The notes beneath the pieces were generated by a model, which saw only the letters and a program-made list of their open reading frames with translations, was not told where the DNA came from and did no database searches. A stretch of DNA of 63,433 bases, the filler included, from an uncultured bacterium (GTDB lineage: Bacteria; Latescibacterota; UBA2968), in NCBI GenBank assembly GCA_964471275.1. It is 4 parts of 4 records of this genome, joined end to end, with 100 filler letters (N's around TTAATTAATTAA, not from the genome) between each part and the next. Parts side by side here need not be neighbours in the genome. Positions count along the whole stretch, not along the records: positions 34,821 to 52,118 come from CAYYGZ010000087.1; 3 more parts are not named here. One strand, given 5' to 3'. Each line of letters begins with the position of its first letter. Position 1 is the first letter of the stretch. The position numbers and the translations under genes are program-made. Of this stretch, positions 40,994-50,963 are shown in pieces.

Positions 40994-42874
40994 ATGCCGA
41001 AAGGCTATCAGGGGAAGATCCTCAGAGTGGATCTGTCGACGGAACGCATCTGGTGTGAAACCCCAGAACCGGAGTTCTATCGTCAGTATCTGGGCGGCTG
41101 GGGGATGGTGGCCTACTACCTGCTGAGGGAGGTACCGGCAGGCACGGATCCACTGGGGCCTGACAACCGGCTGATATTCGCAACCGGTCTGTTCACAGGC
41201 GTCCAGCTGTCGGGAAACGGCCGCTCGGCCATCGGCGCGAAGAGTCCGCTGACCGGTGGGTTCGGTGAAGGCGATGTGGGTGGGTATTTCGCGGTGGAGC
41301 TGGTCCGGGCCGGCTACGACGGGCTGATTGTCCAGGGGCAGGCAAGCCGGCCTGTCTACATCTGGATCGAGGACGAGAAGGTAGAGATGCGAGATGCGGA
41401 TCACGTCTGGGGGAAGGACTCCGTTGAGACGGAGCGCGCCCTGAAAAAAGAGCTGGATGAACCGAATGCACGCTTTGCCGAGATCGGGCCGGCGGGCGAA
41501 AATCAGGTTCTGGTATCGTGCATCCTCCAAGATGTGCACCACGCGGCAGGCAGGACGGGTCTGGGTGCGGTGATGGGCTCGAAGAAGCTGAAGGCCGTCG
41601 CAGTAAAGGGGTCGGGACGGAAGGAGATCGCGGACCCGGATCCGACCCGAGAGCTTTCAAAGTGGCTGCTTGGAGAGGGGAAACCTCGTTATCTGGGGCT
41701 TCAAGATCGGGGAACTGCTGACGGCGTGCCGAGTCTTAGCAGCGGCGGCGGTCTACCCACAAAGAACTTCAAATTGGGCGACTTCGAGAAGGCCGACGAT
41801 ATCAGCGGCCAGACCATGACCGAGACAATCCTGAAAGAACGGGGAACGTGCTACGCGTGCGTGGTCCAATGCAAACGAGTGGTGGAAGTTGAGGTAGGGA
41901 CATTCGAAACCAATCCGGACTACGGTGGACCCGAGTATGAGACAATTGGCGCCCTCGGATCGAACTGTGGTGTGGGCGATCTCGCTGCAATCGCGAAGGG
42001 CAACGAGATCTGCAACGCTCAGGGTCTTGACACGATTGGTGCGGGAATGATGGTTTCGTTTGCTATGGAGTGCTTCGAAGAGGGGATCATCACGACAGAG
42101 GACACGGACGGTCTGGAGCTGCGGTTCGGAAACTGCGAAGCGATGGTCAGCGCACTCGAGGCGATGGCTGAGCGCAAGGGGTTCGGTGACGTGCTTGCAG
42201 GAGGCTTCAAAGCGTGCATCGACAAGTGGGGGCCTGAGGCCGAGAAGTTTGCCATACACGTCAAGTGGCAGGCGTTGCCTATGCACGAGCCTCGATTCAA
42301 ATTTGCATTAGGTCTGGGGTACGCGATCTCGCCGACCGGGGCGGATCACGTACACAACATCCACGACACGGGTTTCACGACAGAAGTGGGGATGGAGGGC
42401 GTGATGCCCTTCGGAATCCTCGAACCGCTGCCCGCTGACGACCTGAGCCCCGCCAAGGTGAGGCTGATGAAGGTCGTGACCGATTTCTCGCTCCTCAAGA
42501 ACATGCTGGGGATGTGTCTGTTCCTCCCGTTTGGCCCGAGGGAGGCAACGGATATCGTGGAGGCCGTTACTGGCTGGAACACGTCATTGTTCGAACTGAT
42601 GAAGGGGGCCGAACGAGGGATGGCGATGGCACGCGCCTTCAACGCGCGTGAAGGGTTCACGCCGGCGGATGATCGACTGCCCGAACGGTTCTACGAGCCT
42701 TTCGCATCCGGCCCCTTGGAGGGGGTGTCGCACGATCGTGAGACCTTCCAGGCCGCGTTGGAGACCTACTACGCGATGGCCGGGTGGGATCTTGCTACGG
42801 GAGAGCCCACGGCATCGAAGTATGCGGAACTGGGTCTGGAGTGGGTTGTCCAGAATGGGGACGCGACTGCCTGA
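40994..42874 (+). CDS. aldehyde:ferredoxin oxidoreductase (AOR family, W/Mo-pterin)
   Basis: ILRVDLS, KSPLTG, AGRTGLGAVMGSKKLKA, CYACVVQC, GPEYET, GLDTI, DDRLPER. Confidence 0.95.
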   Translation: MPKGYQGKILRVDLSTERIWCETPEPEFYRQYLGGWGMVAYYLLREVPAGTDPLGPDNRLIFATGLFTGVQLSGNGRSAIGAKSPLTGGFGEGDVGGYFAVELVRAGYDGLIVQGQASRPVYIWIEDEKVEMRDADHVWGKDSVETERALKKELDEPNARFAEIGPAGENQVLVSCILQDVHHAAGRTGLGAVMGSKKLKAVAVKGSGRKEIADPDPTRELSKWLLGEGKPRYLGLQDRGTADGVPSLSSGGGLPTKNFKLGDFEKADDISGQTMTETILKERGTCYACVVQCKRVVEVEVGTFETNPDYGGPEYETIGALGSNCGVGDLAAIAKGNEICNAQGLDTIGAGMMVSFAMECFEEGIITTEDTDGLELRFGNCEAMVSALEAMAERKGFGDVLAGGFKACIDKWGPEAEKFAIHVKWQALPMHEPRFKFALGLGYAISPTGADHVHNIHDTGFTTEVGMEGVMPFGILEPLPADDLSPAKVRLMKVVTDFSLLKNMLGMCLFLPFGPREATDIVEAVTGWNTSLFELMKGAERGMAMARAFNAREGFTPADDRLPERFYEPFASGPLEGVSHDRETFQAALETYYAMAGWDLATGEPTASKYAELGLEWVVQNGDATA

Positions 42875-42898
42875 TCGCCCGAATAAAGAGATGGAAAC

Positions 42899-42940
42899 AC
42901 AAGAGGCCCCGGATTCGCAAGAATCCGGGGCCTCTTGTAT
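42899..42940. terminator. perfect hairpin with GCAA loop between convergent genes
   Basis: acaagaggccccggattc-gcaa-gaatccggggcctcttgt. Confidence 0.8.
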
Positions 42941-42956
42941 CCTGGCTTCCCGGACG

Positions 42957-44726
42957 CTATCGCGTGGTGACGCGGAAATTCAGGATAAGCTGATCGGTTC
43001 CACAGCTTATACGTACGATGGGGGAATCCCAATCGGCATTGATATACGGGCTCCGGTAGGTAAACTCCGGCTGCAGATTGGGCCGCACCCCGTCTATCAG
43101 CGGTAGCCGATCGGTCTCACGGGGTACCGACAGCTCCTCGCCCAGGCACCGGAATGTGGTCTGATCCAGGCCAACCTTTATCGTCATACCCAGAAGGCTC
43201 TCCTGGAAAGCTGCGAATGACTTATTGTCGGTCTGGCGTCCGACAGCCAACAGCACCGGGGCCCATTCATCTACAAGGACCGCACGATCCTCTTCCCACG
43301 CGTAACCCCCTACGACATAGATTCCGGCGTAGGCAGAACCTTCCCTTATAAACAGCCATTCGTTCCGCTCCAGCCGATCCTCGAGGGCGGCAGGGACGAC
43401 TACATAGGGCGTCAGATTGTATTTGTGGGCGTCGCGTTTCTTGCGCGCAACCAGGACATGGCCGGACTGTGCCGTGATCAGCGCGTCATACGTCTGGGGC
43501 TTGTCTGTGCGCGTGCTGCCGCAGCCCAGATAGATCCTCCGATCAGAACCCGTGGGGAAGATCACGCCCGACCACCGATTTTGCGCGCTCACGCCCACGT
43601 GAGCTGTCTCTGGATCGAAGATCGACGTACCCAGGACATAATCTGGCGTCACACGAACCACGCGCAAGGTGCTCCGCATCGGGTCGACCGCGCTCTGGTT
43701 CCCATATCCTCTTGCGTCCTGAACCACCCGTCCTGCGCCCGGCCGGCGTGACAGGGATGTGTATGCCATTTTCGGACGAGATTCCGCTATTTCTGCGACA
43801 ATCTTCGGGGGTCGGTAATCCGATGTGGCCATCAACACGGTTGGTAGTCCCGCACTGGCAGGGCCCGGCATATCGAAATACAGCCTGGCCGCCCTGGTCA
43901 TCCCATCTATGGCACCGTTTCTGGAGTACTTGCCCGGGTAGGATCTACTCTTTCCGCCGCCGCGTATCCCAACGAGCTGATCCTGTGCCCAATCTGCCCA
44001 CAGCAGATGCAGAAGCTTCTCCACAAGCCGCCGAACTTCAGGGTCGGGTGACAGATCCCACAGGTTGACAAGGCACTGGAGATGATATTTCTGGTAGATT
44101 GGGGAAGCGACCTCGAGGAAGAGCCCCTTGCGTGCCCTCTCCTCACAATAGGACCGGAAATAGGCACTCCATCGGTCCCGGTGGTTTGCGGCTGTCTTCC
44201 CGTCTGCAAACAGGCGGTCCCGGTAAGCCGGATCTGCGGCATAGGCCGTGGCGGCCAGGTAGTGGACCGACTTGCGCATCAGGTCGTGGTTTTCCGAGCC
44301 ATCCAGAAGCCAGGTGTTGTCCGGATTGGGGAGGGACCGAAGGGATGTGTAGTTCCAGAAAAGCGCTTTCAGATCCGTCTCCGCCTGCGCGGCAAGTCGT
44401 CCGGTGCCTGATGCCCCGTGGGTGAGCATGATCCGGATCAGCGCGGAGAACGCCCAATAGGCTTCGGGCTCCTTCTTGTCACTTACGTCAACAGGCCACA
44501 GGTTGGTCACCGCACTCACCACACGATTCGCCTCATCAACTTCGCGATCCAGATGTAGCGCGCAAAGTGCGAAGGTGGCGTCAAACCACGGATGCGGCGC
44601 CTGCTTCCGGGCGTTCAGTCCCGTCTCCAGCGCTGCACGACGGGCTGTGACCGGTTCGACGGCGTGTGTCGATGGGGTTGCTGCCAGGACCGCCAGGCAC
44701 AGGCAAGCTGAATTCGTCAGCGACAT
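42957..44726 (-). CDS. secreted hypothetical protein, possibly lyase/heparinase-like fold
   Basis: 589-aa ORF with signal peptide; helical N-half (SENHDLM, SPIYQKY), beta-rich C-half. Confidence 0.75.
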   Translation of the reverse strand: MSLTNSACLCLAVLAATPSTHAVEPVTARRAALETGLNARKQAPHPWFDATFALCALHLDREVDEANRVVSAVTNLWPVDVSDKKEPEAYWAFSALIRIMLTHGASGTGRLAAQAETDLKALFWNYTSLRSLPNPDNTWLLDGSENHDLMRKSVHYLAATAYAADPAYRDRLFADGKTAANHRDRWSAYFRSYCEERARKGLFLEVASPIYQKYHLQCLVNLWDLSPDPEVRRLVEKLLHLLWADWAQDQLVGIRGGGKSRSYPGKYSRNGAIDGMTRAARLYFDMPGPASAGLPTVLMATSDYRPPKIVAEIAESRPKMAYTSLSRRPGAGRVVQDARGYGNQSAVDPMRSTLRVVRVTPDYVLGTSIFDPETAHVGVSAQNRWSGVIFPTGSDRRIYLGCGSTRTDKPQTYDALITAQSGHVLVARKKRDAHKYNLTPYVVVPAALEDRLERNEWLFIREGSAYAGIYVVGGYAWEEDRAVLVDEWAPVLLAVGRQTDNKSFAAFQESLLGMTIKVGLDQTTFRCLGEELSVPRETDRLPLIDGVRPNLQPEFTYRSPYINADWDSPIVRISCGTDQLILNFRVTTR

Positions 44727-45225
44727 ACCGTCGTATCCTCCAGAATTTGTGTGCCCGTATCCAGGTCGCTCCCTGGTGAACCGGGCTGATCCAGCTGTCT
44801 GCGACCATAATAGCGCCAGGGGGTATCAGAGACAAGCTGGCGAGTATCATCCTGCTCGGTTCAGTGTGTCGGGCCAAACGGGCACGGCGACGCGCCGGGT
44901 CACGTGTTTTGTCATCACTCTTGCCTCACGCTCCCGAGAGAGTCTTGCGCGATTAAGATCCACAGGATTTATTGTGCGCCGCACAAAACCGATGTTTTAG
45001 GTCAGTCAGCGCAGGTTGTCACGTCAGGCATCGGAAACGCCAGAAGGCTGGAGGATGAATGGAAACTCGCCGTGTCGCTGCTCTTGAGTGGCAGCTGAAG
45101 AGGCTGCAGGTAGCTGTGAATAGAAATTTATAAAGAATTGTTGCGCAGTAAGTTAAGAGATTTTCGTTCGGGTTCGCATTATTTGTTTCGACCCGCTTCT
45201 ATTTGCCCGGACCGCAGTGCCTTCC

Positions 45226-46150
45226 CTAATGCAAGCTCATCGGCGGCCCGTGCAGCCTGCTTCTGCCTGAAAGATGGGGGCTCGGTGGAAGGGCGCCTCC
45301 TTCTACCCACTTTCGCCCTTCCACAGACTGTTTCGTCCACCGCTTCGCGTGCCCAGCCTCGACGATCTCCCTATCAAGTAATTCCCCCTGCGCGCGATCA
45401 CGTGTGGATCCTGCTCTCTTGGCACATAGAAGATGTTGGAAAGACACCGATCGTAGAGATCCACCTTCGTCGTCGTTATGACGAGCTGGACACCTGGCAT
45501 AAGGTCTGCACGACGAATCCTCTCGCTCCGGGCCACGGCCGGTTGTCTTGAGTTCGGGGCTGTTGATTCCGCGCAGACGCACCTTCTGATCACACACGGT
45601 CCCGAATCCACAGCCGATCGAAACCCAGAACGTATCGGCATCGATGATTGATGAGACGATCGCACGGTAGGAGTAGTACAGACGTCGGGCATAGTGGGGA
45701 ACGATCCGGTGGTGTCAGGATTCAGCCCTTTGGGAATGAACCAAGCTGCCAATCTCGAGACCCGGGTCGCCGTGGCCGGTCAGGCGCTCCGTAGACGCGA
45801 AAGCCGAGGACGAGAGCTCGTCCAACTCCGGGCTTGTCCATGAGCCGATAGACCTAAAGTGTCCCACGTACGGCCTGTAGACGGTCCGCCAGATTCGGCG
45901 CGGTCCCCGTTTGCTCCGGTAAGGCCCATCCGAGCAGCCTCCCGTATCTGCTTCTCGAGCTGGCGAACACTCCAGCCGTTCTCCATCGCGGCTTCCAGAA
46001 AAGCCATTCACACAGCCGCGTCTGGGATCGCGATCAGCCAACGATAGTGGCTCCAACTCAAAAGTGCCCCCGGGGACACTTTTCCAATACGTATGCGGAA
46101 TTCTACGATTTCATAGAGCAATTTTGCGCCCTCGACAAGGCGCTTGAGCG
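45226..46150 (-). pseudogene. degraded DUF1016 N-terminal / thermonuclease (SNase) fusion
   Basis: LSWSHYRWLIAIPD and GWSVRQLEKQIR (DUF1016_N-like), then IIDADTF, KVRLRGINSPEL and DLYDRCL (SNase), spread over several frames. Confidence 0.7.
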
Positions 46151-46619
46151 TCTGATTTCCATGCCGGTTGTCGATCTGCTTAAGATAAGCAGAGACAGAC
46201 CCGGATTCGAGATCGAGTCATCAACAGCGTGTAGAGAAAGCAGCGATCCCAATCCAACTCTACGGATTGGCTCAATGTGTCAACTCCGCAAGGACACTGG
46301 ACGTTCCAGACTGCGGGCTATCGGCGACAGAAAGGGCAGGTTCGAAGACACGCGCTTGCGTGTTGCGGATCTGCCCCTTCCTGTCTCCTCGGGGTCCTGC
46401 CTTGGAAGATCTGTATATCTGTAGTGGGAGTTCTCTAACGGCTTGAGAGGGGCTGTTGTCGTCCGGGGAATCTGCTGGTGACAAGACAGGTCAAAAGGCC
46501 CATACTTACGGAGTTCTGCGAGCGAGGCTGTAACGGTCCAGGTGGGAGTTCACGCCGAATCCGAAGATACACAACTTTCTGACGACCAGATCACGAAGAT
46601 CTGGTCGGAGGTCGAATCG

Positions 46620-47399
46620 ATGACGTATCTGGAAGCTGCCCTGCTGGGCGTCATTCAAGGCTTGACGGAGTTTCTGCCCGTCAGCAGTTCGGGACATCTG
46701 GCTCTGGGCCAAGCCCTGCTCGGCATCGAGACCGGGGATCTGACGTTCGAGGTAATTGTGCACTTCGGTACTCTGCTTGCCGTTGTGACCGTGCTTCGGA
46801 GGCGCATCTGGAGTCTCATTCGCGGCTTCTTTGGGCGAAATCCCGCGGATGTGAAGATTGTCGGTCTGCTTGTCCTCGGATCTATACCCGCGGCCATCGT
46901 CGGTCTGACCTTCGAGGATACGTTCACGTCGATTTTCGCGAACCCGTTCTATGTGTCCGTGATGCTGGTCTTTACGGGTATCGTGCTGTTCAGCACACGC
47001 AACCTTTCTGGCAAGCGAACGGTCGATCGGATACCGACGAGTCTTGCGATCGGTGTCGCACAGGCCCTGGCCATACTGCCTGGTGTTTCCCGGTCCGGAA
47101 TGACCATCGCAACCGGGATGTGGTTCAGGACTGAGGCGAGGGAGGCCGCAGTGTTCTCTTTCCTGCTAGGGATTCCGATCATCGCCGGAGCAACGGCAAT
47201 GAAGGTTAGTGGTCTGGCGGCTGGCGGGGTTGGTACGGAATCCTGGCCAACTCTCATGATCGGTGCCATCGCAGCCTACGGATCCGGTGTCCTTTCGATC
47301 CGCTGGCTGCTCTCGATCCTCGCTCGGAGTGAATTGAGCCGTTTTGCCTATTACTGCTGGGCAATCGGTATCATCGGGTGCGTCGCGTTCTGGTCCTGA
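46620..47399 (+). CDS. uppP: undecaprenyl-diphosphate phosphatase
   Basis: QGLTEFLPVSSSGHL, HFGTLLAV, PGVSRSGMT. Confidence 0.96.
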   Translation: MTYLEAALLGVIQGLTEFLPVSSSGHLALGQALLGIETGDLTFEVIVHFGTLLAVVTVLRRRIWSLIRGFFGRNPADVKIVGLLVLGSIPAAIVGLTFEDTFTSIFANPFYVSVMLVFTGIVLFSTRNLSGKRTVDRIPTSLAIGVAQALAILPGVSRSGMTIATGMWFRTEAREAAVFSFLLGIPIIAGATAMKVSGLAAGGVGTESWPTLMIGAIAAYGSGVLSIRWLLSILARSELSRFAYYCWAIGIIGCVAFWS

Positions 47400-47456
47400 G
47401 TCAAGACCGCGAATCGTGTAGCAGCCGGGATTTGCCGAGGAGCTCTTGACCTCTGT

Positions 47457-47702
47457 TGCAGGCTGTGCCAGGAGAGGGCTGTGTCAGTCGACACGGCCCT
47501 TCAGCGTTTACTGTCTCAAGGGTGCCTGAACGACGAGACCCTGACCTGGATCAATGGCGCCCTCGGGCACAGCCCAAGGGCGCGGTGACGTCTCCCTCTG
47601 GTTCGCTCCTCCAGCCTCCGTGCATCCACTCGCGGACGCTGGATGGGTGCAGTTCGTGAGGAATCCAGGCAATGTGATGTCCAACATTTGCGGCAGCCTG
47701 CG
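47457..47702. ncRNA. candidate multi-stem structured RNA, family unrecognised
   Basis: nested helices: GCAGGCTG/CAGCCTGC closing stem, AGGGCTGTGTC/GACACGGCCCT, GTCTC/GAGAC, and CCTGGAT/ATCCAGG enclosing GCGCCCTCGGGC/GCCCAAGGGCGC and TGCATCCA/TGGATG. Confidence 0.5.
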
Positions 47703-47802
47703 CCTGTCTACGACACCTCTACTGTCAGGTTGACGCGCACGGTCGATGAAGATCTTGATTCTCTGTTACACGCCACCTGACACAACACGCACTTGGAGCC
47801 AG

Positions 47803-48708
47803 ATGATGCCAGAGCCAGAACACGACCAACACATTCCCGTACCCTTCGTGCTTTCACGGGACGAGATGCTCAAGTATACGCGAGCCTACGATGGCGAACG
47901 CTTCCCGGATGGCAGACCCAGGGTTTCCGATTCTATTCTGAAGCGAATTAAGCGCGTCACCTGCGAGCAAGCCTGGACCGTGCTGAGGGAACACGGCTAC
48001 AACTGCCAGTACCAGGGGAAGTGGGTGGTGACGCACGACAACCCGGTTCTGGTCGGGCGTGCCGTGACCTGTAATTTCATCCCTCACCGGCCGGATCTGG
48101 TAGGTATCGTTGAGGAAGAGGCAAAGGCGAGAGGGCTTGAAGGAAGAGACAAGCATTGGGTGATGGATGGACTCGTAAAGGATGACGTCATCGTCGCGGA
48201 TCTGCTCGACAGGCAGATCGGGGGCGGATTCATCGGAGACAACCTCGCCAATATGATCCACGAGAAGACCGGAACGGGTGCGGTGGTGTGGGGGGGGACT
48301 CGAGACCTGGCGGGCGTGCTGGAGCTGGAGGATTTCGTTGTCTTCAACCGAAACTGGGACCCCTCGACATCCGGCTCATACGACCGGACGATGGTCGTCG
48401 GGATCAATGGGCCGATCGCGATCGGACGGGCCGCGGTGATGCCGGGAGACGTCGTTCTCGGGTTGAAGGAAGGGGTGACCTTTGTCCCCGCGCATCTTGC
48501 CCGGGAGGTGGTCGAGTCTGCCGAACTGATTCAGCTGAAAGATCGGTTCGGGTTCCAGCGTCTGAAGTCAGGTGTCTACACGGCTGGCCAGATCGATGGC
48601 GCGTGGGCAGACGAGATATCTGAGGACTTCTACGGGTGGGTAAAGGAGATCATCGATTCGCTGCCAGAGGAGCAGCAGGATTTCCTGAAGAATCAGGCGT
48701 GGTGGTAG
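47803..48708 (+). CDS. RraA family / HMG-aldolase-like protein
   Basis: GERFPDGRPRVSD, GRAVT, IGDNLA, GGTRD, VMPGDVVLG. Confidence 0.9.
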   Translation: MMPEPEHDQHIPVPFVLSRDEMLKYTRAYDGERFPDGRPRVSDSILKRIKRVTCEQAWTVLREHGYNCQYQGKWVVTHDNPVLVGRAVTCNFIPHRPDLVGIVEEEAKARGLEGRDKHWVMDGLVKDDVIVADLLDRQIGGGFIGDNLANMIHEKTGTGAVVWGGTRDLAGVLELEDFVVFNRNWDPSTSGSYDRTMVVGINGPIAIGRAAVMPGDVVLGLKEGVTFVPAHLAREVVESAELIQLKDRFGFQRLKSGVYTAGQIDGAWADEISEDFYGWVKEIIDSLPEEQQDFLKNQAWW

Positions 48709-48734
48709 GCGAGACCTACCCCCTGTGGAAGCAA

Positions 48735-48766
48735 AGGGCCCTGGGTAATCGCTACCCCGGGGCCCT
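48735..48766. terminator. hairpin between convergent genes
   Basis: agggccctgggta...taccccggggccct. Confidence 0.6.
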
Positions 48767-48801
48767 CGGCTTGTTCGGTTCTTGCAAGTTGCCAGATGCC
48801 G

Positions 48802-49293
48802 TTACTCAGCAAGAGTGAAGATGATCCCAACCTTTCCGGCGAGGTTGTTGCCGGCACCCGATGTCAGGGCTCGCTCGAGTGAGACTTCGCCAAAGAATCC
48901 GACCGACTCACTGGAGTTGATCTTGAGCCCGCCGACACCGGAGAAAAGTGCCTTTGTCGATGACACGCTGAGGGTGCCCACCTCTGCCTTGGAGTATATG
49001 AGACCGCTCCCGATACCGATGTAGATGTCGGCCTTCTTTCCCGCTTCCAGGTTGTAGAGCCCTCTTGCCGCTACGGGGATCGTCGTGATGCCGGATTTCT
49101 TATAGTATTCTGCGGAAACCATGACGCCTGCCGGCTTGCTGCTGAACGGCAGGATCACGGAAACGTGACCACCCGGCTGAGATCCATCGAAGATCATACC
49201 ACCGCCTGCTCGTAGAGCGACCTGTGCATCGGCGACAGAGAACATCGTGAGAATTGCTGCTGCTGTGACAATTATGACGCTGACTTTTTTCAT
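48802..49293 (-). CDS. small outer-membrane beta-barrel protein
   Basis: signal peptide (..SVADAQ); amphipathic strands (YIGIGSGL, GKVGIIF). Confidence 0.8.
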   Translation of the reverse strand: MKKVSVIIVTAAAILTMFSVADAQVALRAGGGMIFDGSQPGGHVSVILPFSSKPAGVMVSAEYYKKSGITTIPVAARGLYNLEAGKKADIYIGIGSGLIYSKAEVGTLSVSSTKALFSGVGGLKINSSESVGFFGEVSLERALTSGAGNNLAGKVGIIFTLAE

Positions 49294-49490
49294 AACCTCT
49301 CCGGTTTTCTACTGCCACGGGTAGCGGCAGTAAGATGATAGATCCAGACGCAATCTGGCTCACGGTATCCCGTGGAAGAGCACTCCATCCAACGAAATTC
49401 ACCGATCGCCAGTTCCGCCGATCCGACACGGACTCTTTCTATATGTACACTAGTCCCCTGCGGCAGCCGAGTCAACATCTGTGAGTGAAT

Positions 49491-50133
49491 TCAAGTCTCC
49501 GTTGCGATCACGCGAGGGGGAAGGCATCCAGCCCGTTGACGGGAACTGGAAGCGTGTGAATGAGCACCCGTCTTTGTGTGAGCTGATCCAGGTTGTCGAG
49601 ATTCTCGATCAGCGGGATCCCGGCTCGGAAGAGAACAAGATAGTTTATGTTGGCACGTGTTTCGTCGTATGAGAGGTCGACACCGCCTAAATCAACACCC
49701 ATCAGCTTGATTCCCTGTTCGACAAGCCAATCGAGCGTGGCGGTCGCGAAATAGCACGTATTTCCCATCTGCCCGAAAGCCATATCGCCTTTCCGTATGC
49801 CGCCAGCTCTCTCTGCGGCGGTCTGGGTCTGCTCTAGGGTAACGCCACCGACTGCTTCTGCGTTCGTCAGATCGAGGATCATCGCATCATCAACGAAGGT
49901 CTCGACCGCGACTGCAAAGAGATCTGCCCCCTCCTTGAGGCTGTGGAAGGGGACTTCGGCGTGCGTGCCGACACGATTCATCAATCCGACGTCGGACATC
50001 ACATACCACTCACCATCAGGCCGTTCCTTCCCGGGAATCTCCTCCAGCGCATCGTGGATGGTGACGATGAACTTTCGCTGGCTGTCCGGGGCAGTGGGAC
50101 TAATGACGCGGCGAGATCGACAATACGCGACAA
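49491..50133 (-). pseudogene. cyclase family (kynurenine formamidase-like) gene with two apparent 1-nt deletions
   Basis: SRIVDL/RVISP frameshift near 50110; VGTHAEVPFH; LIENLDNL; DAFP/RVIATE frameshift near 49515. Confidence 0.8.
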
Positions 50134-50210
50134 TGGGCTATGCCTTTCGTGCGGAGTCCCGGTGTTCGGGGCGCGCAGGGAAGCAGCAAAGGACAGCGTC
50201 CGTCCTGTAT

Positions 50211-50732
50211 TTACCATACCCCATGTCGGGCGGCATAGGCAGATAAATATCCGATGATCTCGTGTGACGAATCGCTGTCGCAAGGCAGGAGTTCTCTCGT
50301 CTGACTGTTGCTTGTTAAATGCTGGCGAATCGAAAGAGGACGTCTTTTGCAGAGGTCTTCCCAATCTATATATCTGATGGCGTTAAGGATTTCGGCAGCA
50401 CGAAAGGGTTTGGCGATGAAGGTCGTCATCTCCGCGGCTCTGGCGAGGCTACCCAGCGTCTCCTCAAACTTGGGGACGCCCGAAATCATGTCGATCTCAA
50501 GGTCGGGATGATTCTCTTTGAGCATCTGGGCGGGCACGATGCCGTCTGTATCGGGCAGGACAAAGTCGGCAATCGCCGCATCCGGTTGGAAATCAGCGGC
50601 CTTACTCCGTACGGATTCAGCATTGACCGAGATCTCATACTGGAGACCGGCGTATTCCAGAACACGTCGAAGCATTTTGCAAACGTGCACATCATCGAAA
50701 TGACTGCGGAGCAGCGTGTTCACCTTATCCAA
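50211..50732 (-). CDS. response-regulator receiver domain protein (start uncertain, possibly degenerate)
   Basis: DDVHVCKMLRRVL, IADFVLPDTDG, MISG, FIAKPF. Confidence 0.6.
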   Translation of the reverse strand: MDKVNTLLRSHFDDVHVCKMLRRVLEYAGLQYEISVNAESVRSKAADFQPDAAIADFVLPDTDGIVPAQMLKENHPDLEIDMISGVPKFEETLGSLARAAEMTTFIAKPFRAAEILNAIRYIDWEDLCKRRPLSIRQHLTSNSQTRELLPCDSDSSHEIIGYLSAYAARHGVW

Positions 50733-50879
50733 AGAGCACGACGCTTGGTCCGAGGGGCTGAAGCGAATGCGAGATCTCAGGAAGAAGACATAACTTTTTG
50801 CACAGTCAGAATTTAGGCAATTTTCCTTGTCGGCAGGCCGATGCCATCATAGCTTGGTGCGAGGTGTCCTACAAATCAG

Positions 50880-50908
50880 TTGACACCCTATTGGCGATTC
50901 GCTAGAAT
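50880..50908 (+). promoter_or_regulatory. sigma70 promoter
   Basis: TTGACA-17nt-TAGAAT. Confidence 0.7.
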
Positions 50909-50963
50909 TACGGCAAGTTACGGTTTTACAAGCATTTTCGCCCCTAGCTCCCGATAACCTGAA

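Noticed and set aside
47490..47560. SRP RNA (minus-strand CCAGGTCAGG) or TPP riboswitch (GGGTGC..CTGA..ACCTGGAT) resemblance
   Set aside because: It lacks the SRP GNRA loop/AGCAG half and the TPP CTGAGA and AGCGTAGG cores; kept only as an unassigned structured RNA.
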